From positions 13,216 to 77,215 of the forward strand of contig JABHKC010000068.1 in NCBI GenBank assembly GCA_018692315.1: DNA of 64,000 bases, in the 5' to 3' direction. A program made the translations under genes and the position numbers. This DNA is from Bacteroidota bacterium (GTDB lineage Bacteria > Bacteroidota > Bacteroidia > Bacteroidales > JABHKC01). The notes below the pieces were generated by a model. That model made no database searches. It was not told the DNA's origin and was given only the letters and a program-made list of their open reading frames with translations. Numbering within the stretch: position 1 is the stretch's first letter; each line of letters opens with the position of its first letter. Positions 10,435 through 20,200 of this stretch are shown piece after piece.

Positions 10435-11349
10435 TTATGGTTCAAAAACATCGCCATCATTTGTAATAAAAGTGTTGGGAAATACTTCTCTGGCTTCTTC
10501 AATAATTTCTGAAGTGTCTTTATATCTTGACGAAAAATGGCCTATTAGGAGTTTTTTGGCATTTGCTTTTTTTGCGATAGTCGCAGCCTGTACATTTGTT
10601 GAATGGAAGGTCTTTTTTGCCATTTCTTTCAAGTCGTGTTTGAAAGTGGCTTCGTGATACAACAAATCTACATTGCTAATATATTCTACAATTTCTTCAG
10701 TGTATGCTGTGTCTGAACAAAATGCAAATGAGCGAGCTTTTTCCGGCGGATATGTTAATTCTGAATTTGGGATAATTTTTCCATGCTCTAAAATCAAATC
10801 TGCACCTTGCTTGATTTTTACAATATCTTTTATTTGAATATTATAATAATCTATAAGTTCTTTCTTGAATTTTTTATCTTTCTGTTTCTCACTGAAAAGG
10901 AAACCACATGTTTGAATTCTGTGTTTTAGCGGAAAAGAGTGTATTGTAAGTTTATCATCTTCAAAAATCAGATAAGATTTGTCGTATTTTAGATGGTGAA
11001 AATTGATTTTAAAAGATAAATCTTCGGCGTAATTTTTAAATAAAAAATTTATAATATTCTCTAAATCTTTGTTACAGTGGATATTTAAGTCGTTTTTTCG
11101 GCCAATGAGATTGAATGTCGAAATAAGCCCGAACAAACCAAAATAATGGTCGCCATGCAAATGACTAATGAAAATGTGGTTAATTTTATTGAATTTTATC
11201 TTAAATTTTCTGATTTGAATTTGTGTTCCTTCTCCACAATCAATCAAAAAAAACCGCTCACAAATATTTAATATGTGAGCGGTTGAAAATTTTGTGGAAG
11301 TTGGCAATGCCGAATTACTTCCTAATATTCTAAGCTGAAAACTATACAA
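10435..11349 (-). CDS. rnz: ribonuclease Z
   Basis: 304 aa. LRILGSNSALPT...FLIDCGEGTQ...ISHLHGDHYFGL metallo-beta-lactamase motif and overall RNase Z length and layout. Confidence 0.88.
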   Translation of the reverse strand: MYSFQLRILGSNSALPTSTKFSTAHILNICERFFLIDCGEGTQIQIRKFKIKFNKINHIFISHLHGDHYFGLFGLISTFNLIGRKNDLNIHCNKDLENIINFLFKNYAEDLSFKINFHHLKYDKSYLIFEDDKLTIHSFPLKHRIQTCGFLFSEKQKDKKFKKELIDYYNIQIKDIVKIKQGADLILEHGKIIPNSELTYPPEKARSFAFCSDTAYTEEIVEYISNVDLLYHEATFKHDLKEMAKKTFHSTNVQAATIAKKANAKKLLIGHFSSRYKDTSEIIEEAREVFPNTFITNDGDVFEP

Positions 11350-11382
11350 ACTATTATTTTATTGGTTTTTCAATAATATAAA

Positions 11383-11733
11383 TTAAATGTTTGCCTCTTC
11401 AATATGTTTTATAGCTTCATCAACATTCTTAGTAATGTTTAATACTGAATCTAATTGCGAAATTGAGATTAATCTTTCGACAGCAGTTTGCAAACCGCAT
11501 AAAACAAATATTCCATTTGAATTTTTGCATAGCCGATTTGCAACTAAAATTGCACTTAGTCCAGAAGAGTCACAATATTTACAGTCGCTAATATCAAGAA
11601 TGATATTGTTTTTGCCTGTACCCGAGATTACCACTAATTCCGATTTTAATAAAGGAGCAATATGAGTGTCAAGTTTTTCAACTGTTACTCTTATTAAAGC
11701 ATATTTTTCGTTTTTTTCAATTTTAAAATTCAT
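11383..11733 (-). CDS. STAS domain protein (anti-sigma factor antagonist family)
   Basis: 116 aa. SpoIIAA-like pattern ...ILDISDCKYCDSSGLSAILVANR... Confidence 0.75.
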   Translation of the reverse strand: MNFKIEKNEKYALIRVTVEKLDTHIAPLLKSELVVISGTGKNNIILDISDCKYCDSSGLSAILVANRLCKNSNGIFVLCGLQTAVERLISISQLDSVLNITKNVDEAIKHIEEANI

Positions 11734-11754
11734 GACTCAAAATATTAATTAATA

Positions 11755-13848
11755 CTATTTATTTTCCTTTGCTTTCTCTCTATCTTCAAGCTTCTTTTTA
11801 GCATCTGCTTCCATTTCCGATTTCAATTCTGCTAAGCCGGAAATATCACCTAATGTGGTTTTTTCCATATTGTCAGACATTCGTTTAGTAGTGGTTGCAG
11901 TATGAGTATCTTCAGTTTTTCTTTTAGAAATTTGTTCTGCTTTTCTTACATCTTCGTAAACTCTGCTGTGCGAAAGAATTATTCGTTTAGTTGCTTTAGA
12001 AAATTCTATTACTTTAAATTCTAATTTATCTTCAACTTTTGCTGGAGTTCCGTTTTCTTTAACAAGATGTTTCGGAGTAGCAAATCCTTCAACACCGTAT
12101 GGAAGTGCAATGACTGCTCCTTTTTCGAATATTTCGCTAACCGTTCCTTCGTGAATTGAGTCAATTCCAAAAACTGTCTCGAAAACATCCCAAGGATTTT
12201 CTTCAAGTTGCTTATGGCCAAGACTTAATCTACGATTTTCCATGTCAATATCTAATACTACAATATCTATTTCTTCATCAATTGAAGTAAATTCTGCCGG
12301 ATGCTTAATTTTCTTTGTCCAAGACAAATCTGAAATATGAATCAATCCGTCCACTCCTTCAACTATTTCAACAAAAATTCCAAAACTTGTAAAGTTACGA
12401 ACTTTTGCTCTATGTTGAGAACCTTTTGGATATTTTTCTGCTATATTCTCCCATGGATCTGGCTTAAGTTGTTTCATGCCAAGAGACATTTTTCTTTCTT
12501 CACGGTCTAATGTTAAGATTTTTGCTTCAACTTCGTTTCCAACGTTCAAGAATTCCTGAGCACTACGTAAATGTTGCGACCATGACATTTCTGAAACATG
12601 GATTAGTCCTTCTACTCCAACTGCAATTTCAACAAATGCACCATAGTCTGCCATTACAACAACTTTTCCTGTAACAACATCGCCTACTTTCAGATTTTCG
12701 TCGAGAGAATCCCATGGATGTTTTGTTAATTGTTTCAGTCCGAGAGCAATTCGTTTTTTAGCATCATCAAAATCAAGGATTACAACATTTAGTTTTTGAT
12801 CTAATTCAACAATTTCTTCAGGATGCGAAACTCTACCCCACGATAAATCAGTTATGTGAATTAAACCATCTACACCGCCAAGGTCGATAAATACTCCGTA
12901 TGAAGTAATGTTTTTAACAGTTCCTTCTAAAATCTGGCCTTTTTCGAGGCTTGCAATAATTTCTTGTTTTTGTTGTTCTAATTCGGCTTCTATCAATGCT
13001 TTATGCGAAACAACAACATTTTTATATTCATGGTTGATTTTAACAACTTTAAACTCCATTGTTTTCTCAACGTAAATATCGTAATCTCTAATTGGTTTTA
13101 CATCAATTTGAGATCCCGGTAAGAAGGCTTCAATTCCGAATACATCTACAATCATACCACCTTTTGTACGACATTTGATAAATCCTTTGATTATCTCGCT
13201 GTCTTCCAAAGCTTTGTTTACTCTATCCCACGAATGAATAGCTCGTGCTTTTTTATGCGATAGAATCAATTGTCCGCTTTTATCTTCGAGACTATCTACA
13301 TATACTTCTACTTTATCGCCAACCTGCAATTCAGGATTGTATCTGAATTCGTTCAAATTAATTATCCCTTCAGATTTGTAGCCAATGTTAACAACTATTT
13401 CGCGTTTAGTCATTGCAACTACTTTTCCATCAACAGTTTCGCTTTCCGAGATGGTCGATAAAGTTTTTTCGTAGATACCTTTTAACTCGTTTCTTTCGTC
13501 TGATGAATATTGGTCTTCATCAGAAACATGTGCATTCCAATCGAATTCTTCCAAAAGCTTAGATTTATCTACGCTTGGTTTTTCTTTTTCAGTCTTAGTT
13601 TCGACTTTTTCTTCTTCAACTACAGGTGTTTCTGCAACTGGTTCTTCTTCTTTAGTTTCTAAAACAGCCTCAACAGGTGCATTCTCTGTTTTAGTTTCTT
13701 CAATTACTTCGGTGGTTTCTGTCGTTTCTACTTTTTCAGTTTCTTCTTGATTCGCAGAAGCTTCAACTACCACGTTTTCCGTGTTCTCTTCTTTGGTTTC
13801 TTGATTCTCAACTTCCTTGTTAACAACCTTTTCTTCATTTTCACTCAT
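11755..13848 (-). CDS. rpsA: 30S ribosomal protein S1 with acidic N-terminal extension
   Basis: 697 aa. Six S1 (OB) repeats (e.g. GxVxxxxxxGAFVEIxxGVEGLIHxSExSW), preceded by ~100 aa of E/T/K/V-rich low-complexity sequence. Confidence 0.95.
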   Translation of the reverse strand: MSENEEKVVNKEVENQETKEENTENVVVEASANQEETEKVETTETTEVIEETKTENAPVEAVLETKEEEPVAETPVVEEEKVETKTEKEKPSVDKSKLLEEFDWNAHVSDEDQYSSDERNELKGIYEKTLSTISESETVDGKVVAMTKREIVVNIGYKSEGIINLNEFRYNPELQVGDKVEVYVDSLEDKSGQLILSHKKARAIHSWDRVNKALEDSEIIKGFIKCRTKGGMIVDVFGIEAFLPGSQIDVKPIRDYDIYVEKTMEFKVVKINHEYKNVVVSHKALIEAELEQQKQEIIASLEKGQILEGTVKNITSYGVFIDLGGVDGLIHITDLSWGRVSHPEEIVELDQKLNVVILDFDDAKKRIALGLKQLTKHPWDSLDENLKVGDVVTGKVVVMADYGAFVEIAVGVEGLIHVSEMSWSQHLRSAQEFLNVGNEVEAKILTLDREERKMSLGMKQLKPDPWENIAEKYPKGSQHRAKVRNFTSFGIFVEIVEGVDGLIHISDLSWTKKIKHPAEFTSIDEEIDIVVLDIDMENRRLSLGHKQLEENPWDVFETVFGIDSIHEGTVSEIFEKGAVIALPYGVEGFATPKHLVKENGTPAKVEDKLEFKVIEFSKATKRIILSHSRVYEDVRKAEQISKRKTEDTHTATTTKRMSDNMEKTTLGDISGLAELKSEMEADAKKKLEDREKAKENK

Positions 13849-13899
13849 TAAAATTCAATTTTTTAGTAAATTAGACATTATATTTTTTATTTCAAGCCG

Positions 13900-13907
13900 C
13901 AAAAGTA
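13900..13907 (-). promoter_or_regulatory. Bacteroidota sigma-A -7 box on the minus strand (CAAAAGTA on plus = TACTTTTG)
   Basis: 51 nt upstream of the rpsA start (13848). Confidence 0.45.
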
Positions 13908-14246
13908 TAATAATTAATTAATTAAAAGAAATTTATGTTGATTTTATTTTGATATAATACGAAATTGACGGAACCAGCATTACACTTATGTTTATGGTAT
14001 TTTTATGCAAATGTAAGCATCAGAATATTAACTATTTGCAAGTTGTTTTCTTGAGATTTTCAGCTTAATAACTCAAATAAAATGAGATTAAAATAAAAAT
14101 CATTAAAGATTGTAAAAGTGTATAATAAATACTAATTTTATGATGTTTTAAAAACTTTGGACTAAGAATTTCAGATAATTTGGAATATGGAACAAAAAAC
14201 AAAACAGATAAATGAAATTGATAATTTTCAGATATTAATATTCCTG

Positions 14247-14277
14247 ACTCGTGCGGATTTGTTATCCGTGCGTCTAA
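14247..14277. repeat. left copy of 31-nt inverted repeat (GACTCGTGCGGATTTGTTATCCGTGCGTCTAAC)
   Basis: About 27/31 match to the reverse complement of 14358-14389. Each copy also holds a small CGGAT-N5-ATCCG palindrome. Confidence 0.75.
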
Positions 14278-14310
14278 CAACAAATTTCAATAATTGTTAA
14301 TAGTAATTTT

Positions 14311-14318
14311 TATCTTTG
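14311..14318 (+). promoter_or_regulatory. Bacteroidota sigma-A -7 box (TATCTTTG) inside the IR-flanked segment
   Basis: Matches TAnnTTTG, 136 nt upstream of ATG 14455. Confidence 0.45.
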
Positions 14319-14357
14319 TTAAATGACTGAAAAATATAAAATAACCGAATATGAAAT

Positions 14358-14389
14358 GTTGAACTCACGGATTACAAATCCGCTCGAGC
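14358..14389. repeat. right copy of 31-nt inverted repeat (GTTGAACTCACGGATTACAAATCCGCTCGAGC)
   Basis: See the left copy. The two copies flank an 80-bp segment holding the TATCTTTG -7 box. Confidence 0.75.
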
Positions 14390-14454
14390 TTGGAGCTAAA
14401 AAACATCTCAGACAGATTTTACGGAGGCTATTATTCATCAAATCCTTATACATT

Positions 14455-14970
14455 ATGGTAAAAAGAATTTATTTATTATTAGTAGTGTTATTAATTGTAG
14501 GTTGCAGTAAAAAGCTATTTGACTTAACTATGTCTAAAACTCCTTATACAGGAGATGAGTTGAGAATTGATGGTTACTATTTATCAAATTCAACATCAGA
14601 AAACAATTTATGTGTAGCTGTATTTTATAGAGATGGATTTTGTATTCATACCCGGGTTATTCCAGAAAGTGAGGATATATTTGATTACATTGAGAATGAA
14701 TATTTGCTTAACGATGCATATATCGCTAAAATAATGGGTATGCCAGGTCATATTGGAGTATTCCAAATATTGTATCCAAATATTAAGTTTGAATGCTGGG
14801 AATTTAGGACAACAACTTTTAGTCATTATGGGGAGATATTAGATGACTCTACATTCATTATCAACGAGGAAGTGGATAATTTAACAGGTAAGTCCTATTC
14901 AAAAAGCTTAACTTACCGGTTTGTAAAGTTCAGTCCTAAACCTGATAGAACGAATAATTTTATAAAATAA
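14455..14970 (+). CDS. hypothetical lipoprotein
   Basis: MVKRIYLLLVVLLIVGCSKK lipobox at the internal ATG 14455. The ORF-track start 14323 lies only 4 nt after a -7 promoter box and inside a palindromic repeat, so I rejected it. Confidence 0.55.
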   Translation: MVKRIYLLLVVLLIVGCSKKLFDLTMSKTPYTGDELRIDGYYLSNSTSENNLCVAVFYRDGFCIHTRVIPESEDIFDYIENEYLLNDAYIAKIMGMPGHIGVFQILYPNIKFECWEFRTTTFSHYGEILDDSTFIINEEVDNLTGKSYSKSLTYRFVKFSPKPDRTNNFIK

Positions 14971-15003
14971 AAATAAAGTTTTGGTAAAACTAAAATATCA
15001 ATA

Positions 15004-15468
15004 ATGAAAACTAAAATCTTAATAACTTTAACAATTTTAATAATAAATGTACCGGCATTCTCCCAAAACCTCACCTTCGATTATGATGATGCCGGAAACA
15101 GAGAATACAGAACTATTACACTACCACCGCCAAGCAAAGCAGCTTTCCAGAATACAAGCATTATAAACGAGGAAATTGCAGAAGAAGAAACTCTCGAAGA
15201 ACAAAAACTCTACGATAAACTCGATAACTTCGATTTGTTGGTTTATCCGAATCCTACAAAAGGAGAGGTTGTTGTACAAATTTTCGGTGAGGAAAACTTT
15301 GGGACTGTTACTTATAAGGTTTTTGAACAATCCGGAAAAGAAATACTTGCCGGTTCAAAAAGTTCAAGTATTTTGCATATAAACCTAAGTGGGCAAAAAG
15401 CCGGTACATATTTTCTTCGTGTGGAAATAAATGGTAAAGAAAAATCGTGGAAGATTGTGAAGGAGTGA
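15004..15468 (+). CDS. small secreted protein with T9SS C-terminal sorting domain
   Basis: Signal peptide ...INVPAFSQ. C-terminal VYPNPTKGEVVVQI...GTYFLRVEINGKEKSWKIVKE CTD. Confidence 0.65.
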   Translation: MKTKILITLTILIINVPAFSQNLTFDYDDAGNREYRTITLPPPSKAAFQNTSIINEEIAEEETLEEQKLYDKLDNFDLLVYPNPTKGEVVVQIFGEENFGTVTYKVFEQSGKEILAGSKSSSILHINLSGQKAGTYFLRVEINGKEKSWKIVKE

Positions 15469-15472
15469 TTTA

Positions 15473-15535
15473 ATTGAATATTGGCTATTGAATATTGATT
15501 ATTTGATATTGAATATTGATTATTGAATATTTAAC
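15473..15535. repeat. heptamer tandem array (9 units: ATTGAAT x4, ATTGATT x2, variants)
   Basis: Direct reading: ATTGAAT ATTGGCT ATTGAAT ATTGATT ATTTGAT ATTGAAT ATTGATT ATTGAAT ATTTAAC, starting 5 nt after the stop of 15004-15468. Confidence 0.85.
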
Positions 15536-15579
15536 AACGAATTTCTTTCATATACTATTAATTTTAGCAATTTTTTTAA

Positions 15580-15587
15580 TATGTTTG
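15580..15587 (+). promoter_or_regulatory. Bacteroidota sigma-A -7 box (TATGTTTG)
   Basis: Matches TAnnTTTG, 32 nt upstream of ATG 15620. Confidence 0.5.
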
Positions 15588-15619
15588 TATAACAAAACTA
15601 AATTTGAAATATAATAATT

Positions 15620-17143
15620 ATGAAAAAAATAGCAATTTGCATAGTTTTCATTTGCATAGTTTCCCTATCTACTTTTGCTCAACAGATTAATGGAGAAATA
15701 CTATCGGATACCAGCAACATCACCGTAGTGAAAGTTTGGGGTAGTCATCAGGAGAGAGGCTTTGCTTACGGATATCTATTAGGAAATGGTATCAAAGATT
15801 TATATACATCTTACATTGTTCCTCAATTTGGCTCATTTATACCTACTGCTAAACAATATATTAGTCAGGGCGACCACATAAGCATTGACACGATATTTCA
15901 CCAAGAAGCACAAGCAATGATTGATGGGATGGATTCTGCAGGAGTAGACCTTAGTGGAATGGATTATCTTGATATTCTTATTGCAAATTCTTTTCTCGAT
16001 TTATACAGTTTAAGTATCATGAAAAATATTGACTCTTTGGGTTGTTCAAGCCTGATGAGCTGGGGAGATGCTACTGTGGGAACAAATTTGAATGGCAAAT
16101 CGGTAATTTCTCGACATCTCGATTGGACACCTGATAATTCGATTATTGCAAATCAAGTAATTGTAATACATATTCCGTCTGAGCCAAATGAACAAGCTTG
16201 GTTGTTGGTAGGTTTTGCAGGACAAATGTCTGTATTGTCCGGTTTGAATGAATCAGGTGTATCGGCTTTTCAGCATATGATGTCAGATTTTACGGGCTCA
16301 GCATTAATGAATCAAGCATATGAACCAATTTGGTTTTCTCTGCGAAAAGGGCTTGAGATGAGAGATTTAAATAATGACGGATTTGAAAATGTTGGCGATA
16401 TTCGTCAGGCATTAGAGATAAATTCTAATGGCTATGCAGAAGGTTTTATTGTTGCTTCTATGTCGCCATCGAATGCCTCACACGATAGTTTGGTTGCCAT
16501 GGTTGCTGAATTGGCTCCCGCATCGCCAAAATTGGTTTTTCGCAGCAATTCGTATTCCGACAGTATTCCCGGCGATAATCTATATGCAGCAAATTCTGAA
16601 ATAAAAAGAAACGATCATTTGAACTATTGTTCTCGATATTATTCGGTAATCAATGGAATTGCAGATGGTAGCGATATCAGTGCTGAGCAAAATTGGCAAA
16701 TTATGAGCGATTATTCAAATTCAGGATATGGAAATATTCAGTTTATGCAACATATTCCTGAACAACAAATTCTTCATCTTGCTGTTCATGATGGAAATTC
16801 CGGTGCATATCTCAACTCCAAAAAAGCATATGACCTGAATGAATTATTTTCTGCTCCAATTTCGATAGAGGAGAATGATTTGGTGGTTTCAGATTTTAAA
16901 ATATTTCCAAATCCCGCCAATGACAATCTGAATCTATTTTTTAATCTTAAGAAAAAGCAAACGGTGAATATTTACATATATAATTCTAATGGGAAACTCA
17001 TTAATGAAAATTATGAAATGAAATTAGAGCCAGGCAAATATTCTTACTCAATAAGTTTAGAAGGCTTAAAAAATGGTGTATATTTCTGTAGTTTAAATAC
17101 TATTGATTCTATAATTTACAGAAAAGTTATTATTTGCAAATAG
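15620..17143 (+). CDS. peptidase C45 / Ntn-hydrolase-like protein with T9SS C-terminal sorting domain
   Basis: Signal peptide ...STFAQ. Candidate nucleophile in DSLGCSSLMSWG, followed by SRHLDW and GFAGQMSVLSGLNESGVS, which resemble the C45 acyltransferase/hydrolase pattern. CTD IFPNPANDNLNLFF...GVYFCSL. Confidence 0.6.
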   Translation: MKKIAICIVFICIVSLSTFAQQINGEILSDTSNITVVKVWGSHQERGFAYGYLLGNGIKDLYTSYIVPQFGSFIPTAKQYISQGDHISIDTIFHQEAQAMIDGMDSAGVDLSGMDYLDILIANSFLDLYSLSIMKNIDSLGCSSLMSWGDATVGTNLNGKSVISRHLDWTPDNSIIANQVIVIHIPSEPNEQAWLLVGFAGQMSVLSGLNESGVSAFQHMMSDFTGSALMNQAYEPIWFSLRKGLEMRDLNNDGFENVGDIRQALEINSNGYAEGFIVASMSPSNASHDSLVAMVAELAPASPKLVFRSNSYSDSIPGDNLYAANSEIKRNDHLNYCSRYYSVINGIADGSDISAEQNWQIMSDYSNSGYGNIQFMQHIPEQQILHLAVHDGNSGAYLNSKKAYDLNELFSAPISIEENDLVVSDFKIFPNPANDNLNLFFNLKKKQTVNIYIYNSNGKLINENYEMKLEPGKYSYSISLEGLKNGVYFCSLNTIDSIIYRKVIICK

Positions 17144-17148
17144 TTTAT

Positions 17149-17172
17149 AATTTGCTATTTTTAGAAGTCCCC
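17149..17172. repeat. solo arm fragment of H1-type element (AATTTGCTATTTTTAGAAGTCCCC)
   Basis: 23/24 identical to the reverse complement of 45862-45885. A weaker relative lies at 24908-24945 (shares TTTAGAAGTCCCC). Confidence 0.6.
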
Positions 17173-17195
17173 TTTTTTAATTTTTTCAAATTAAA

Positions 17196-17220
17196 AGCCC
17201 CAAAAAATTAATCTGGGGCT
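17196..17220 (-). terminator. hairpin terminator candidate downstream of the C25 protease gene
   Basis: AGCCCC-N13-GGGGCT, followed on the minus strand by TTTAATTTG. Confidence 0.5.
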
Positions 17221-17266
17221 AATTCATAAAAGCAAGAAATTTGCATTATTTTTTCCTCTTTACCGC

Positions 17267-20200
17267 TTAATTTGCAGGATAAATCAAAGTATCAGAATTT
17301 AATAGTTTAATTTGATATCCTTCACCTGGATTCATCATTCCAATATTGTTAATTCCGTATAGCGGCCAATAAACGTTTCCTATACTATTTTTTACAATAG
17401 AAATATTTGATGAAATTCCGGATAACATATTTACAATTGGTCCAGGCGATTGTCTGATATAGCCCAAAATATTCCAACCTAAACTTAAATTTAACTGTGT
17501 TGTTTCCGGAACAATTAAAGTTCCTCCAACTGTAAGGATACTTGCAGCAGAAACTTTTGCCTGATAACCTTTTCCAATAGTTAGGTTTCCGATGCTATTT
17601 ACTCCGTATTGTGGCCAATACACTAATCCAATTTCATCTTTTAGAATTATTAGGCTGGTGGTATTCGAAAATACATCTGTTACATTTGGATTTGTTGGGT
17701 CGATATATGTAGAAATTATGCTCCAACCAAAAGGCAATTGAATATCCTGACTAATTTCTGTATTATTTTCTAAAGAAAGTATTCCGCTCATTCCATTTAC
17801 AACAAAAGATCCGGTATTTGGAAAATTAGTGATGTTATATGTGGCATTTGTAATATATTCCGCATTCTCAGAAATATCATAGATTTTCCACACGAAAGAC
17901 TCTCCGCTTACAAAACCATCGTTTCCAATATCTTCTCCCCAGGCAGAAATATTTGTGGTGGCTCCTTGCCAAATTGCATAGCCCGCACATGCTAATGAAC
18001 CCAATGAATCATAGAATACGCCAATATAATCTCCCAATCCAATCGGATTTCCATCAATCAAAATACTTGCGGCTTGTGGAATAAGAACTGTGTGGTTTGT
18101 TCCGGTAACATTGAATGTCCAGGGAGAGCTCGAAAACGACACATTAATATCGTCAGAGGCGGTGCAAGCATTTAAATCTGAAACTGTTACAGAATAATTG
18201 CCAGAAGAGAAAACTGTCAATATCTGGCTAACTGCACCAGTGTTCCAAATGTAGGTTGTGAAACCACTACCTGCATCTAAAGTAACAAATTGTCCTTGTG
18301 GTAAAACAATATCAGCTCCGAGATTTACAACAGGTAAGGGATTCACAATTGTGCTTACAGTTGAGTTTGCAGAATTGCTGCCATCTACAACTGATAAAGT
18401 GATATCGTAGGTTCCAGGGCTATTCCATGAAATTTCGTAGGGACCTTGTCCTGAACCTGACAAAATTGTTCCACCCGAAAAATCCCATGTGAAACTTGCA
18501 CTTCCTGTGGCTATTCCAGTGTATGTTATTGTTGCTGAATTGTTTACGCAAATAGATGGTGTTGCAGTGAAATCTGCAATTGTAGAGTTGTTGTAATTAA
18601 TAGGAGGAAATTCTATATAATCTACCCACGCACAATCGCTTCCAGAGCTTACCGAATAATCTTTGTCATAAATAAATTTTATGGTGTGTGTTCCGGCAGT
18701 AATTGGAAATATTTCGAAAGACCAATCAACATTTCCTGCCCATTCGTCCATTTTTGTATTATCTATCCAAAATTCCAGATAGTCATAGTTTGCTTCCGAT
18801 GAAACTTTTTTGTAAAATGAAATCGAATCATTTGTCAAAACATTTAAATCGAGGACTAATTCGCTGTTTTGATTGTGTGAAATTGTGCCGGACTGTGCCG
18901 AAAAGCTTCCTTCATATTGATATGTGTTGTCAATAGTCCAATCGGAATTTCCTGCAAAAGCCCAACTGAAAGATAGAAAATTACCCGCTTCCCAATCTTC
19001 AACAATAATACCAATAGTTTCACTAAACAAGTGGGAGCATGAATAATTTCCAGCATTTACATTAAAACTAAAATCGGCAAGACTTCCAATAATAGCAGAA
19101 GAGCTTACATTAACTGTGAAAGAAGTAATTGTTGAACTAACAACCGCACCTATGTTTTGAGAAGAATTTACAATAGAAATAGAAGGATTTGAACAGGAAA
19201 GCGTTGATAGGGCAGGAGGTGAAGCAATTCCTCCGTTATTTTCTGTTTCGATAGAAATAGTGAGATTTTCGCCAGGATCAAGTCTGCCGTTTCCGTTCCC
19301 ATTTTGAGAATCGTTAATTGTGATTGAACCTATTTCCAATTGTGGAGCATTTACATTCATTGAAAAACTTGCAGTCCATTGGTTAGAATTGGCATCGGTA
19401 ATATTTAGTGTAAACGAAACATTGTGCTGGTTAGGAACATCATTATCAATCGAAATCTGGAAAGCATTGTTAAGCATAGAATTTGAGGAGGCTGTAAGAT
19501 TTCCCCAGTTTGCAATACTATCAATTAATGTGATATAGCTATCGTTGGTAGAAAGTTGAGCATTGACATTTATTGCATCTACATTTCCTATATTATTCAG
19601 ATTAACGTTTAAGAATATACTTTCGCCAAAATCTGCCTGGCTATTGTTGTTTTGTGAGGCATCATTTATACTGAAATTATTGAATCCTACAAATGCCTGA
19701 TTTGATGTAATAATCATCAAAGAATCAATAAATGGTTGTCTGTTTTGTTTTGTAACCACAATATGCGCAACGCCAACATTTGCAAAAGCAGGAAAACTAA
19801 GATTAGCAACACCTGCTGTATTTGCAAGTTTTGCATCAAGCAAAATATTGTTCATAGAAATTGCAACATAGGCAAGTGCTTCTGTATTTACAGTAAGAGA
19901 AGCAGTGCCGACCGGAACTGATGCCGGATAACTTGCATTTAGAGCAGATGGAACTGAAAGATAAGGAGTTAGGGAAGGATCGCCAAATAAATGGTACATT
20001 TCCCAATATCTTAGATCTGCACTTGAACTACTTTGTGAAACAGCCATATTTCCTGCATAATTTATTTGCCCTTGAGTAACAAACCATTCGCTTGGTAATT
20101 CTCCATTGTCATGAAAAAGTCTGTCGTAGGCACCAAGACCGGTTCCTGCATAAGTTGGATTTGCAGTAACAGTCCCAACTCCAACTCCATAATAAAAATC

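Noticed and set aside
14065-14454. ORF 14065-14283 (minus) and the N-terminal 44 codons of ORF 14323-14970
   Set aside because: Both are built largely from the palindromic inverted-repeat units, which give the mirrored peptides RITNPHESG and RITNPLELG. The plus-strand ATG at 14323 sits only 4 nt after the -7 promoter box. A proper lipoprotein signal starts at 14455.
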